Part shown: in pieces, positions 12,571 through 25,698 of the stretch
Layout: each line of letters begins with the position of its first letter
Numbering within the stretch: the stretch's first letter is position 1
DNA from: Lingula anatina
Taxonomy: Eukaryota; Animalia; Brachiopoda
Direction of reading: 5' to 3'
DNA length: 64,000 nt
NCBI GenBank assembly: GCA_051362555.1
Contig: CM120640.1
Coordinates: forward strand, 25,220,225-25,284,224
Program-made: the position numbers and the translations under genes
Notes under the pieces: model-generated
What the model was told of the DNA's origin: nothing
The model's database searches: none
What the model saw: the letters and a program-made list of their open reading frames with translations, nothing else

Positions 12571-14428
12571 AAGATGTTTGTTTGTTTTTTAGCTTTTTTC
12601 ACATGTCTAAGATTTTTTACATTTTGAAAGGATCTGTATCACTGTAGTGCTGACAGTCTGATTTCATGTCTTATACTGTGTTCTATTTAAGATAACATGT
12701 CGACACTCGCCGTAGCGCTGCACTAGGCCTGGCTGCAATGTGTAGTGTGGTAATGTGCATTAAAGTTAACGCAAGCTTTGTGGACAACTCTATGTCAATA
12801 CACTTGAGTTGTTTAAACATCATCAATAGTTCGACAAAATCGTATTATATTTCAGACGATATTGTAGAAACAGCACATTAATAACTTTAGTATGACGTAG
12901 CATTGGACGCTTGCCAACACTCAACAGAGGCTTGCCAATATGGACAGACATAGTAAAAATAGGATTGATAACGGTTTTTGTTGTGATATGGTACATGTTA
13001 ACCCGTAGCAAAGTAGAAGGCCTGCTGCAAATTTGCAGTAAAACTGCTGCAATATTGCTGCAAACTGCACTTGCAAAATTTGCAGCAATATATATATATA
13101 TATACAGTGTATATATTGCTAACTCTTGCAAACTTTTGGGCTGAACTTTTCATTTTTTGCGGGGTAGCTAAATCCGTTTATTTGTATTTACATTTATTTA
13201 TAAATATTATAGGTGTCTTATGTGGCAAAAAATGTTGATACAAATAAATGAGGAAATGTGCTGTGTAATTATTAACACTTAAACATGTTAACAATTTCTT
13301 TACTTCAATTTCAAAGTTAAGAATGATTGCCATAACTGTTTAGGGGTTTGTGTTAGAAGAATCTGTTATCACCAAATTCTTGTTTTATATTTATATTTTT
13401 GTTTAGGAAATAACTGTAAATACCATTGTTGTAGAAACATATTGTTAAATATGTTATCATTATTAGACTAAAGCTAAAACTTAAATTCATAAATAGGGAC
13501 AACTTTTATGTGATATATTTGACGTCCAGAAATAACCATATCCTATACCTTCTTTATATCTTATTAGGGAAGTTTCACTTCCATTAAGGATAAACATTGT
13601 TAGAAAATTCACAAACTTGCCAAAATACATTTTTGTTTGTTAGTGCACCTGTTTGGGATGTTTTGAAAGCCATTAGTAGATAGCTTCACTTCACTGTATG
13701 TGATTAATTTGAGATGGCAATCTCTACAATACACTTGTAAAAGAAGATTAGGTTAATAATGAACAGAACACAGAGAACACTTCAAGAAAACTTTTGCATA
13801 AAGAGTACTATTGGACATAAGAATTTTTGGACACAGCTGCAAGCAAGATACTAACTCTTGTGTTCCTCCCACCATCAATAAACAGCCTGGCTATTGGAAC
13901 TTCATAGAATCTGTATAGTTATATTTGTATCGAAGTCAGGACAAGGTATGAATCGGCCTGAATGACATGTGGCTAGCTTAAGTGCAAGCTAATGGTTTGG
14001 ATTTTGATGGTATCAGATTTCAGTAGCACATTAAACAAATCTAAAACAGTATACAATAATTCAAAAAGAAAGAGATAAATTGCTTAATGATTTTAAATTG
14101 ATATGGTAGTATTTACAATAGGCAATATTTACAAACCCAAAGATTATCCTCCTCATTTAACAAACTGTATTTTTGTACAGTTGAAGTCAAGCTAAGTATT
14201 TTAAGGGTTGTTTAAATGTGGGCTTTAGTTCCACTGACTATAATCAAGGTTACAGCAGAATTCATATAGAAGTAGTATGTGAATGCTTTCTAAACTTCAT
14301 TATGTTGCCAAAAGTCCTTAAAATCTAAATGTGAACTATTGAAAGTGTGGAAGTTTGATATTTAACATGATGAAATGGACATTTCAGATAGCTCTCTGAT
14401 ATCAAGTATAAGCCCTTTATGATGTAAG

Positions 14429-17400
14429 ATGTCTGACCATCCTGGGAGTGACCAGGACAGTTTGTCCAGCTGGACACTTGTTACTGATCAGGGTTTAGTA
14501 GAGGTAAGCATGTTAACACACATATGCACACTCTCGGTTAACTTTTTAAGGTTGACAAAGCAAATAACAGATCCTTCTTCAACAAAGAGCTTTGTTGATC
14601 TTCTGGTTATTGTACCACCAGCGTAAGCGCTGGCGGTACACATGGTTTCGGTCCCGTCCGGATCGTTCCGCCGGCTCCGCCGGCTCCGTTGGCTCCGCCG
14701 GCTCCGCCGGATGGCTACCGTTACCGCTTCTCCTCCTAGACGGTAAGGGCCCCCGTACCCATCTCATGGATTTAGGTCACCTATAATCTCAACTCGTTCC
14801 ACGTAAAATTTGGGCTTTGTCGGTATTGGGGTCTGGGTGTGGCACTCATTGCAATGCACCCTTGTCTAAAAATGGCAAAATTAAATGCTAATTATCTACC
14901 CTACGGAAGGGGTTATGGGAAAAATTTCTATAGACGGCTTTCCAAAAGTCATATGTGTAGATTTCAAATATACCCTTGGATTTGACCTTTGACCTTTACT
15001 TCAAGGTCAAATGGGCCAAAATTTTCAAAAAAATGAAATTTTTTACGAAAAAAAATTTTTTGCCCTGTTATTCAGACACCACACAGACTTAACCAATAAT
15101 ATTATTGGAAAGTGTTACCCTTCAGGTCATCTTTCATCTCCATGAATTTGGGGTCAATCGGTGCATTTTCACGGGAGTAGCGGCCATAAGATACCGAAAC
15201 TGAAAACTGTCTCTAATTCGGGAACCGTTAATGCTAGAAACCCATTCTTTTTTGCATTTTGTAGAGCATGTAAAGCCCAACACTGGAAGTGGTCTCGGTT
15301 TTTTTGTATTCCATACGGTTTTCGAGTTATGCTGTATCAAAAAGCACATATTGGTGGTAAAAGCAAAATGTGCAGTACGGTAATGGATAATAAATTTTGA
15401 ACTCTGGAAAAATAAAACATAAGGCTTGGCAAAGCAGACAACTTGTGTTCAAAAATGACATTATTTCATCAAATTTGAACTTCTGAAACTTCAGAGCACC
15501 TCCTATTTCAAGAATTTTGACCAAAATGACCTTTTCTTTATTTTAATTAATTTTTTCTGTACGAAATTTAAGGCACATTATGGTAACTCCAAAATTATAA
15601 CATTTAGTCCCTTATATCTCCAAAACTGGCAGAGATAGGTCCATAGTTACTATTGAAGTTGAATAGGAAGTCATATACTGGCAATCTTACTATGACCTTG
15701 AAATTGACCTTTGACCTACTTTTCACCATGAACTGAACTTTGCAAATTTTTCTTCCCTTTTATCTCCAAAACTGGCAGAGATAGGTCCATAGTTACTATT
15801 GAACTTGAATAGGAAGTCATATAATGGCAATCTATATGTGACATTAAAATTGACCTTTGACCTACTTTTCACCATGAACTGAATTTTGCAAATTTTGCTT
15901 TCCTTTTATCTCCAAAACTGGCTGAGATAGGTCCGTAGTTACTATTGAAGTTGAATAGGAAGTCATATACTGGCAATCTAAATGTGACCTTAAAATTGAC
16001 CTTTGACCTACTTTTCACCATAAACTGAACTTTGCAAAATTTTTCTTCCCTTTTATCTCCAAAACTGGCAGAGATAGGTCCATAGTTACTATTGAAGTTG
16101 AATAGGAAGTCATATACTGGCAATCTAAATGTGACCTTAAAATTGACCTTTGACCTACTTTACACCATGAACTGAATTTTGCAAATTTTGCTTTCCTTTT
16201 ATCTCCAAAACTGGCTGAGATAGGTCCATAGTTACTATTGAAGTTGAATAGGAAGTCATATACTGGCAATCTAAATGTGACCTTATAATTGACCTTTGAC
16301 CTACTTTTCACCATGAACTGAACTTTGCAAATTTTGGTTCCCTTTTATCTCCAAAACTGGCAGAGATAGGTCCATAGTTACTATTGAACTTGAATAGGAA
16401 GTCCAATACTGGCAATCTAAATGTGACCTTGAAATTGACCTTTGACCTACTTTTCACCATGAACTGAACTTTGCAAACTTTTCTTCCCTTTTATCTCCAA
16501 AACTGGCAGAGATAGGTCCATAGTTACTATTGAACTTGAAAAGGAAGTCATATACTGGCAATCTAAATGTGACCTTAAAATTGACCTTTGACCTACTTTA
16601 CACCATGAACTGAATTTTGCAAATTTTGCTTTCCTTTTATCTCCAAAACTGGCTGAGATAGGTCCGTAGTTACTATTGAACTTGAATAGGAAGTCATATA
16701 CTTGCAATCTAAATGTGACCTCAAAATTGACCTTTGACCTACTTTTCACCATAAACTGAACTTTGCAAATTTTGCTTCCCTTTTATCTCCAAAACTGGCA
16801 GAGATAGGTCCATAGTTACTATTGAACTTGAATAGGAAGTCATATACTGGCAATCTAAATGTGACCTTGAAATTGACCTTTGACCTACTTTTCACCATGA
16901 ACTGAATTTTGCAAATTTTGCTTCCCTTTTATCTCCAAAACTGGCTGAGATAGGTCCATAGTTACTATTGAACTTGAATAGGAAGTCATATACTGGCAAT
17001 CTATATGTGACCTTGAAATTGACCTTTGACCTACTTTTCACCATGAACTGAACTTTGCAAATTTTGCTTCCCTTTTATCTCCAAAACTGGCAGAGATAGG
17101 TCCATAGTTACTATTGAACTTGAATAGAAAGTCATATACTGGCAATCTAAATGTGACCTTGAAATTGACCTTTGACCTACTTTTCACCATGAACTGAATT
17201 TTGCAAATTTTGCTTCCCTTTTATCTCCAAAACTGGCTGAGATAGGTCCATAGTTACTATTGAAGTTGAATAGGAAGTCCTATACTGGCAATCTAAGTGT
17301 GACCTTGAAATTGACCTTTGACGTACTTTTTATCATGAACTGAACTCTGCTAATTTCTTTCTCTTTTAACTTCAAACTTGACAGAGATAGGTCCATAGTT

Positions 17401-20400
17401 ACTCTTGAACTTGAATAGGAAGTCATATACTGGCAATTTATTGTGACCTTGAAATTGACCCTTGACCTACCTTATGAAGAACTTAAATTTGATTGTACCA
17501 TATATATTTTTTGCAATAGTTTAAAAATTCTTGTTGATTGCATTTTTACAGCTTGTCAAGCACAAAACTGGTGGCTGTGTCCCTTATTTTGTGTATGTGG
17601 GGGTCTATACGAATGCGCTTGCTCCAGCTGGTGGTACAATATTCGGAGGCGGTATCGCCTCTCTGATCCTCTAGTTTTATTATTACATCTTAGGATCCAA
17701 ACTGTTTTCAGTTGTCAGGTTATTGATCTACAAGGTACAGGTACATGTTGAGCACGGATTTCATATTAAAACAGCACGTACTGTATATAACAGAGAAGCT
17801 ATTGTTGGATGTTGCTCCTTTATAGCAGGAAGAAAAATAACTACATGTCCAAAAAGTTGCGAGATTGCATGCTGAGACCATTTATCTTATGTTTCCGGAT
17901 ATAAGATATATATACTACAACAGATGAAAATAAGGTTCTTCTAAATATATCACAATCATATGATGATTCACCTCTCAAGATGTATAAGACATTTACATAT
18001 TCTGAGAATTCAGTGTTTGACATTCAGTAGATGATATTTAAGTTGCAAAGGTATTTTATGACAAATCTCATCAACATTCATAGAGATTGTGATTTGAGAT
18101 GGATTTATAATCTGCATTAAATAAGTAGCACTTTCAAATTATTGTTTTTCTTTTTATCAAGAGCTTGTAAAATATGTGGGTATTACCTCCAATATTTCTG
18201 TGACTGTCAGTCACCATCATCAGGAAGTAAATGACTAGGGTCATTTCACCTGGAATGAAAATCCAGGTCAATTGCCCCTAATCACTGGCCTTGTGTTGTA
18301 ACTGTTACTTCCTCCCTCCGGGGCTCCTCTGCATCCCTCTGGAGCACCGTGAGGTAGATAGCTGGTAAATCATACCCCCCCCCCCCTGTCTGTTCAGGTC
18401 TGGTTGTTTGGTCCTGATGTGTACAGCTTCTGCTATTTTTCTTTGGAATGTCCAGTTTTCTCTGTCTATCACTTTCAGGCTGTCAAAATCTATGTGGTGA
18501 CCTGGATGTTTGCAGGTATGTTCTCCAAGGGCTGATTTCCAGTTGTTTTTGGCCACTGAGTCTTTGTGTTCTTTCATTCTTGTGGCTAATGGTCTTCCTG
18601 TCTCGCCAATGTATTCTCCTTGGCAGGTTCCACATTTGACTGAATATATCACACAGTGATTAGGGGCAATTGACCTGGATTTTCATTCCAGGTGAAATGA
18701 CCCTAGTCATTTACTCCCTGATGATGGTGACTGACAGTCACAGAAATATTGGAGGTAATACCCACATATTTTACAAGCTCTTGATAAAAAGAAAAACAAT
18801 AATTTGAATTTATACATACAGAGCTAATGAAACTGTTCTCTCAAGTAGCACTTTAAAATGTATTTAGACAGACAAAGGTAAAACAGTAAGAATCATTCAA
18901 ACCTATCACTTATGACAATTTTTTGTTTATGTAGAGTGATAGTAGCAGTTCTAGTGACTTTGTGAAGGTAGACCAACAAATAGTTTCATACCACAAACGT
19001 CGTGATGATACAGACTCTGATGTAGACAGTTTAGACAATGAAGATGAAGGAACTGAAGGTAATATGTAACCTTAATAATTTTGAATTAAAGCCAAAAAAA
19101 ACCGTTTGCTTTCATTGTTGCTAATAATGTAGTCAGGGGTTGTTATAAGAAAGGTTACTGCCTGAAATGTTCTTTTAGTCATGACTGATCTTAATGTAGC
19201 TTTTGTTGTGGTAACAACACCTGTTAACTGTAGCTAATTGAGCAAAACGCAGCTGTGCTAAGGAGGATGCACAGCAATCCTCACTAAATAAGGAATAATA
19301 AATGAAGGATTGCTGGAAAACAGATATGGTATTCCCCCAATAATCTGGTGATGTCATTCAAACTGAACCAGGCCTAGGGCCTATCTCAACATGATTTTAA
19401 AGAACAAAATATTGCTAAGATCACTATTCTTTTTAGGATGTGATGTGCAGAATGAGATGACACCAGCTTTAGGCAGCCAAGAAGTAAATGATTCAGATGA
19501 AAACGAACAAGATGACAATAAATCAGAAACCGAGGCACATGACCCAATAGTGTCCAGTGAGGCATCTCAGAGGGCTGTCTCAGCTCCAATATTGCCAGAA
19601 ACTGACACACTAGAGTTGGTCTCAAGTGCAGCTTGCTCTGAGCCAGCCCCACAAGAAGTGGTCAGAGATCTTGCATCCCCTGCTACTGCTTCACAGGACT
19701 TCAAAACACCCCCTGAAAATGCTTCACAGGCAGATCTGTTACCCCCAGAGAGAGACTCAGTGGGATCTGGCTTTGAGTTGTTGTTTCCAATAAAAGATCA
19801 TGCTGTGGAAGAAAGTGAGCAAGCTAGAGGTAATGAAGAAGATGAAAAACATGTTGCAGAGTTTGCTGAAGATATACTGCACCGACCTCACAGTAGCAAA
19901 GAAGCAGATGCTGTCATTGAACTTCTAAAGTAAGTTCAGTGAGCATTGGTTGTTAATTTATTTATTCATCATTTTAGTTTGTTTGTTTTTTTTTGGTTTT
20001 TTTGTCTTACTTGTTTCACACGAGTGCAGTTTTTACAAGTTTGGAAGAATAGCTTTAAAGAAAACTATACAATACATGCACATATTTAGCTTTTCATTTG
20101 ATATCAAATATTGAAACACTAAATTTTGGTGCGTGGAAAGCATTTGGCATTCTAGAGTTTAAAGTGACACCATGAACATGAGATCCTCAAAACTGCAATT
20201 TACTCAAGGCTTTTGGTTAGGGCATACTGAGGTGATAAGTTCAAATTTCTTGAAAGATATTCCCTTTTTTTCCCTATAAAGTTCTTATGCACATAACTTG
20301 CCTGAACAGTAAGGGATTTCAAGCACAATGGATGATTTCAGGGTGAAATTGATGATGGCATCTGAAGGTTCAAACAGAGCACACAGTTCCTCATGTGCCA

Positions 20401-23400
20401 CAGACTCCGATGCCTCCGACTTTGTCCGCATTGATCCAGCAACAGCAGCTGTGGAAGATCAGCAACAACAACAAATGCATACCAGCAGTTCCAGTGTCGC
20501 TTCTAACTTCAGTTTCTTTAATCCACGTTGGTGGGAGGCAGTTGAAAGAAGAGAAGTGAGACATCAAGATGAAGGTAAATATAATGTTATTTTCATTTGT
20601 AGACAAGTTGTATTATGTTCATTTTATTTTATTGTTTGATTATTATAGTATAATTTCAACTATTTTAAATGGTAAAGTTATAAAATGATTTAAAACAGAT
20701 GTATCCATTAAAGGGGCAGTGTATCCCAATGTCAGGTGTAACACTTAAATTAATTTTTTTCATTCACAGAGTTTTTCCTTTTCAGAAAAGTGGCCCATCT
20801 GCATTTTATCAGTGTCTTTGCATAAATAATTGTTTATTTTTGTTGTCAGAGTTAGCATATGTTTCTATCTCCAGTTTGAGCAACCTTTTGGGACACTTCA
20901 TGTGGTTAATCTGAACAATAACTGGTGTGTGGATATGTAATCACTGGTGGATCCAGGTTTTTGCAAAGGGGAGCATTGGGATAAAAAGTTGTCTCATTTT
21001 GCTTGACAAAAATCTTAACCATAGATGAAATTTTTAATACTAGAATGTAGGGCCCTTACGAAATAATGATTGCTTGATTTTGACTGGTTTTGCTCATTTT
21101 ACTGTTAATATGGGAAGGGAAGAGGAGGTAAACCCTGGATCCACCATTGGTTTCACAACATATTTATACCATATGCCCTTACCACACTTGAAAACTCTTC
21201 AATTGCCCCTTTTAAACAAGAAATTAAACAAGTCATGTTTGAGCATGGGGAATAAAAAGATTGAATGTGATATGGACACTCTTTTTAAACACACTTTGAC
21301 GTATTTTTTACACGTTTAGTCAAAAATAGAGCAATAAAAATGATTTTGCTTACAAGGTTTGGCACAGTTGTCTTTCTGCACAGCTTCAAAATTCAGAACC
21401 ATTTAAGAAAATGAATATGGCAATTTTAAAGGGACAAAAAATAGGATTAAAAACGCCTTTTTAGTGCATGGATTGCTTCTTATTTAACTTATCTGAGAAC
21501 AATTGCTATGGGTAAAGCATAAAATGGCAGGTAAATGGCCTTAATCAATATCGAAAAAAAGAATCATATTCACCGTCCACTTTCGAACCCCGGGCGTCAG
21601 CCATCTTGACACAGTTTGAAATAACGCGGCATCTCGACTCAGATACGAGATGTAAACAATGCAGACAGCATGTCTCACTCGACTGCAAAGGTGAGCGTGG
21701 GCGAGAAGAAGAGGAATTGTTCACAGAATCTTTGCAGGTAAGCGGGTTATAGTCACTATATGTGCTTTAAAATGGGAAGGTGGCAGGAAATAAAAATATC
21801 TAGCAGTGGAAGTTTAAAAGCGTAAATAACTGCTACATTTCCTCGGATAACGCACTCGCAGTCCCCAAACCACTCGCACTGCGTACTACGTAGTTACATG
21901 AAGCGTGGTAGTGCACTTTGACCCTGAGGTATATAGTTCTGTAAACCAGGAGGAATACCGTTTTCTGCTTAATGTGGTCATCTACCAGTACTTGCAGACG
22001 AACCTCACACCATATTCCCGCAGGGGAATCCCATGAGATATACAATGTACCTCGAGTACTACATACTAGTTGGGATAGAGGGTGTTCTTTGTACAACACG
22101 TAACTCATTTGTAAATGTATTAATATTGTCAGATAAGATAAGATAAGAGTTTATTTAACCAATTATAAAAATCGGAAATCATTTTAATTTTGGAGCAATA
22201 TAAAGAGTAAAATAATAGAACAATACAATAAATAAATAAATATGAATATGATTACAAGGAATGAATTTTTTAGCCTTTCAGAGGAGGAACTGGTTGATAC
22301 ACCCCTTCAAGCACGAAGGAGAGAACAGGTATGTTAATAATTTTAGCAATACACCAGGTAACAGGGGCGGATCCAGGATTATTTGAAGTGGGGGGGGGGG
22401 GGGAGGGGGGGGTCCGCGGATGCAAAGCCGACCATCTAGTTGCCGTGGGGTTCTGGGTCCGCTTAAAATTTTTGCTATTTTAGAGGGCGAACAGTGCCAT
22501 TTGGTGTGGTTTAGTACTATCGATTAGCTTGTCAAAATTCTAATTGCAAATGGGGAATATTAGTGTGATTTTTTTTTTTACATCAGTTCTTTAAAACCAT
22601 GTGTGATTATGTTATTTCTTCTTGTGGCCTTTATGATCTAATGCAGCTATAGCTATTTAAATTTAATTATTTTGTGCCATAATCAGACTATCTTCTTTAT
22701 CAAAAGCTGGTTATCATGTAGTGATCATGCCCTCTAATTTGTTAATTTTTGTTAAAGAATAGTGCTGTTATGATAATATCAATACATTTTTTCTTTATAA
22801 CCATTTTATGTAATTTTACTATTACAGTGCCTCAAGTTATATCTGGAAAACTCACACCAGGAAGCACTCCAATCTTACAATTCTGCTTCACTTCAATGTC
22901 GGCGTGACAAGTTGTGCAAAAGACTGCTACAAAAAATGTGCACTAATGACCACATAATCCACCACCTTTTACCAAAACTGAGTGAACAGTTTTATATTAT
23001 AATGCCCACGTATTTTAAGTGCCAAGACTGAGATCACAGAGAGCCTCAAGGACTTTTATTTTCTGGGCATTGTCAACTCTTCAATAATTTAAGAATTTTG
23101 CCAAATACATCCAAAGATTCAATTCTCATGCAATTCTTGAAAACTTTTTTAGAATATATTTTAATGTCGAACATGTTTTTCTAAGAACTAGGCCTTTAGT
23201 AAATTAACAACATGTACTATCCAACTGTTATTATTATTAACATATTGTTATGTACAAAGCATAAGCTGCAGTATCAATGTAACATTAACTGGGTAGAGAT
23301 TATGAATGAAATAAAAGTTTAAATATTGAAACATCTTTTATTTATATTTCAAATATTTGGCAAAAATACAAGAATAAAGTTTGCTACATAAGTTTGGAAT

Positions 23401-25667
23401 TTGGCCAAATCATCTTTATTATTACCTGTCACATGTAATGAATAAGACATACACAGATTTTGTAAGCTAGAATGCATAATTATTTTCGTACTTATTAATG
23501 CTTTCTTCATAAATAAGCCTTCCATTCAAGCATTCACAAACTTTCACATTGTGCAGTACACTATAGTATGGTAACATTTTTGAGAGAGACTTATTAACAG
23601 CCGGGCTATCATGTTAAGAGTCTGATGTACATGCAGACCCATGAGGATTGCAGATCAACAAATTATCCCCCTCTCTGTCAGTGTATTGACTCATGTGAGC
23701 TGACACAAAAATCTCCATGCAAAGGGATGTGTCATGAGAAAGGACTAACCCCACTTACACAAACATAAATTGTTTCATCAGAAGATATTCACACATACTT
23801 TTCCAAGATGTGCAGGGAATAAATAGAAAGGTATAAATATTTCTTTAAAAAATACAGGCATGGCTTCCCTGCATGTATTCTAAATAATGGCTTTGTGGAG
23901 AATTGAATACAGGCACAAGTGTTCACTCAAACCATTTTTGTAGGTCTTAAAAGAAATGACATACAGTCACTTGCCAAATACAGAATTTTATGCTGGAACA
24001 AAGTCACAAAACTGCAACTGGTGATCTTACAAAATCTGACAACACACTGGTTTAAAATCAAGTTGAAGTCACAATATGCCACCAGTACCATATTCCATAA
24101 TACATTTGATGTCATCTAGATTTAAGAAGTAAATGCTGGACCAAAATGGTTTATTCTCAATATCAGGCATATGACTTAGTTTTGGGAGGAAAGACCACCT
24201 TGATTTCCAATCTGTCTGCATTATAGCATACATGTCAGTGCTAGATGGTTTGAAGTCAGCAGATTATGCTTTGTCACATTGGCAAGATGAGTTCACTGAA
24301 TATATCCTGTAAGCAGCACTCGAAAGTCAGGAAAAGTCTCTCACTATCCAACTCGTCCCCGCTTTGGACCCTCAAGAAAAGTTCCTCTTTTTTTGGTGGA
24401 GAGCCATGGAGTTCCTCTTCCATGTAAAAAACTCTTCTTCAGGACATCATACTGGCAGTTGTTCATAACCTTAAGGTCTAAAAAAGCAAATCAAAATAAT
24501 AATAATCATAATAATAATTTATTAAGATTGCAACCCAGTGGGTTGAAGTTGTACATAGTGTTAAGAAAATTATAATGAAAATAAAGTGAATATTTGCTTG
24601 AATAAAACTGAGTTAAAAGACTGCTAATTGAACTTTAAAATTATTGTACTTAGGATAAAAGACAACATAATACTATTGGAAATTTAAAAGTGCATATATA
24701 TATGGAATAAAAGAGCATCGGAATCTGTCGGTCTTAAATTGTGGCACTTTGTTACTATTGTTTGATCTTAAAAGACGATTGGATTGCTCAATAAAGATGT
24801 GATTCAGTTTGTCAGAGGATTCAGTTATTTTGTAAAAGAAAGTTTTGAACAGATCTCTTCATTTATCTAAAGTACACATATTTGCCAAGTTCAGGGTTTC
24901 ATCATAGTGTAGGTCAGGGAAAATAATCTTCAAAGCACGAGTTTGGTCAGTCTCTAAGAGTTTGCATTGCTCTATAGTTAGTCCTGGATGCCACACAGGG
25001 CAGGCATATTCTAGAATTGAGTGCACAATACTTTGGTAAAGCTTAGCTCGTTTCAGTTGATGGAAGAAATAGAGTCTTGCATTATGTTTACATTATGTGT
25101 TGCCAATTTGGAAAAAAATTGATAAAAGAGAAATCATGCACCTATAATGCCTAATATATGATGAGTGAATATCAGCTTATTAAAATTCTGCTTACTCTAA
25201 AGACATGTTTTAGTCCCATGTTGGATCATCAGGATCCTTTAATTCCCTCTTCTTCAGCATCTTCCTCTTCTTCCATCTGCACTTCTTCCAGTTCAGGCAT
25301 CCCATAGGAAAAAGTTACCTTGATACTGCAACCAAAAAAAGGAACAGTACATAAAATTAAGATAATCAAGTTTGAAAAAAATCATGTAAAAACATAACTG
25401 AAATAAGTATAAAATTCAACTGAAGTAAGTATAAATGCCATTTTTCTCAATATGATCACCTTAAATTATCTAGACTGTCATCTTCAACTGCTCTAGTATT
25501 AACTACAACTTAATTTTGAAGTTTCTTGATCACTTCATATTGGTTTAATCTCCGAAATACTGGTTGGACTCTAAAGTTAAAATTGTATGATCTAATTTAT
25601 TACTCTGGACTATTTATCCATTTACAGATGTACTAAACATAAACATGCAATATCCCCTTTCTGATTT

Positions 25668-25698
<31 letters not shown>

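Noticed and set aside
14579-14786. PAE / GSA repeat ORFs
   Set aside because: These are translations of the HINE microsatellite (GGCTCCGCC)n.
15616-17470. Regular repeat array as a possible CRISPR array or repeat-protein gene (ORFs 15869-16752)
   Set aside because: The units are contiguous 146-bp near-identical repeats with no unique spacers, in a eukaryotic intron. The ORFs are by-products of the repeat.
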